A stretch of 63,287 nucleotides of DNA, the filler included, from Octopus bimaculoides (lineage: Eukaryota), in assembly GCF_001194135.2 (NCBI RefSeq). It is 5 parts of 4 records of this genome, joined end to end, with 100 filler letters (N's around TTAATTAATTAA, not from the genome) between each part and the next. Parts side by side here need not be neighbours in the genome. Positions count along the whole stretch, not along the records: positions 60,612 to 63,287 come from NC_068998.1; 4 more parts are not named here. One strand, given 5' to 3'. Numbering within the stretch: position 1 is the stretch's first letter; each line of letters opens with the position of its first letter. Positions 62,050-63,287 of the stretch are shown here, one piece after another. The position numbers and the translations under genes were made by a program. Below the pieces are notes generated by a model. That model made no database searches. It saw only the letters and a list, made by a program, of their open reading frames with translations, and was not told where the DNA came from.

Positions 62050-62570
62050 GACCTCTATTTTTTTTTTTAATTTAAGCTTTGTGGTCTAGCTTTAGTGTAA
62101 TTATTAAGAATGTTGTTATGTAGAAGTCGTGAGTACATGCTGTTTTCTACAAGTTATAAGTTTTTGGTTTATTAGAAAAAAGTACCGTTTTTTTAAAAAA
62201 CTTTTTATATATTTGATGTCATTTTTCAGTTTCTGTTGGAAAGTGTCAAAATACTTACGAAATTTTATTTTATTTATACGCTTCAGTAGGTCCCTGTAGA
62301 AGTCTTCTACGTCCTTGATTTTAGGAGGGAATTTCTTCGATTTAATTCCATAAAATATGTTCTCTGTAGTGGCCTCTTCCATGTTGTAAAAGAAGGTTTA
62401 TTCTATGAAAAACATACCTATACCATCCAGGGAACTATACTCTAAGAAATTTTGGAGAAAATTAGAGACCTTACTAAGCATGTGAAATGGATCTCATACG
62501 TTTAATAAGGTCCGTAACTTTCTCCAAAAGTTTCTTAGATGGTATAGGTATGTTTTCCATAGAATAAACG
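62050..62570 (-). pseudogene. N-terminal region of a Penelope-like ORF with internal inverted duplication
   Basis: YSMENIPIPS.KKLLEKVTDLIKRMR ... FYGIKSKKFPP..DVEDF.RDLLKRINKIKFRK...FQQKLKNDIKYIK, the region normally N-terminal to the PLE RT. Confidence 0.8.
62396..62569. repeat. Imperfect inverted repeat (about 170 bp hairpin)
   Basis: GTTTATTCTATGAAAAACATACCTATACCATC...GATGGTATAGGTATGTTTTCCATAGAATAAAC. Confidence 0.9.
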
Positions 62571-62794
62571 ATACTGTAGGCGTCCATATTAAATTCTTCT
62601 GCGGGGCAGAGTCCTCAACCGATTGAAGGCAATTTTTCAAAACAAGCTGTATAAGCTTCAAGAGAAAAAAGCTGCTGTATAGAGGAGGTAATTTATTAAT
62701 AATAATAATATGACAACAGAAGAATGAAGGAGACCTCGGTATTGTGTAAAATAGAGGAATTTATCTATAAATATAATATGTGACAATTAGTTGG

Positions 62795-62869
62795 TTGTCA
62801 TAATAAAACTCAGAGTTTCGTATGCCGGGACTCAAGTCTGCTCCGGCATCTCATCAGTTATTGAGACAA
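62795..62869 (-). ncRNA. Type I hammerhead ribozyme, fully canonical core
   Basis: Minus strand: TTGTC-TC-AATAA-CTGATGA-G-ATGCCGG(AGCA GAC TTGA GTC)CCGGCAT-A-C-GAAA-CTCTGAG-TT-TTATT-AT-GACAA; predicted cut after U62807 (GUU). Confidence 0.85.
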
Positions 62870-63242
62870 ACATAAATGCTATGAAAAAAAAAACGTTGAA
62901 TATACGAGTCTTGCACTCGTATATATACAATCATTCGTACACTTGTATATATGCACGTACATATACATTAGATATATACTACACGCGTATAAGTTACACA
63001 ATTATAAAGGGTGAAAGATAATATACAGAAAAAATATATAAAGCAATAAAATATATATAAGAAATATATGAGAGATGTTAATATAAGAGATATATACATA
63101 CATGCATACAAAGTTTGTGATGTTTACACAATGCTCACACTTTGACAAGCGCTGCACGCAGCTTCCTTTTTGAACTAAAGCCGGCTACCGTGGCTTTCTA
63201 GCGATGTCGGTGCACCATATATATATATATACATATATATAC

Positions 63243-63287
<45 letters not shown>

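Noticed and set aside
7-63021. Most listed ORFs (poly-YI, CV, HT, LSIY, poly-X)
   Set aside because: These are translations of microsatellites and N-gaps, or antisense frames of SINEs and TEs.

Overview
Draft-quality eukaryotic genomic DNA: AT-rich, saturated with microsatellites, with about 25 N-gaps, four of which contain an artificial TTAATTAATTAA linker. I found no convincing host protein-coding exon, rRNA, true tRNA gene or CRISPR, so the window looks intergenic or intronic. The SINE families resemble those I associate with octopus (inference, not a database hit). Almost all recognisable content is mobile DNA. There are four tRNA-derived SINE families, which I label A-D. There is a decayed Ty3/Gypsy element (gag-PR-RT-RH-IN, minus strand), a nearly full-length dead mariner transposase, RTE and CR1/L2-type LINE fragments, a pogo/Tigger-like MITE and at least seven Penelope-like element (PLE) fragments. 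The most striking unexplained layer is about a dozen type I hammerhead ribozyme (HHR) motifs, folded by eye; one is fully canonical and several carry recurrent core variants. They sit in PLE termini, in a tandem retrozyme-like repeat, and in a tRNA-headed SINE-like element that shows PLE-style fold-back architecture and an 11-bp target site duplication. A second highlight is a ~530-bp tandem repeat whose conserved unit overlaps HSF (HSE), STAT (GAS) and NF-kB-like motifs. All domain and fold calls were made by eye; element boundaries are approximate unless exact bases are quoted.
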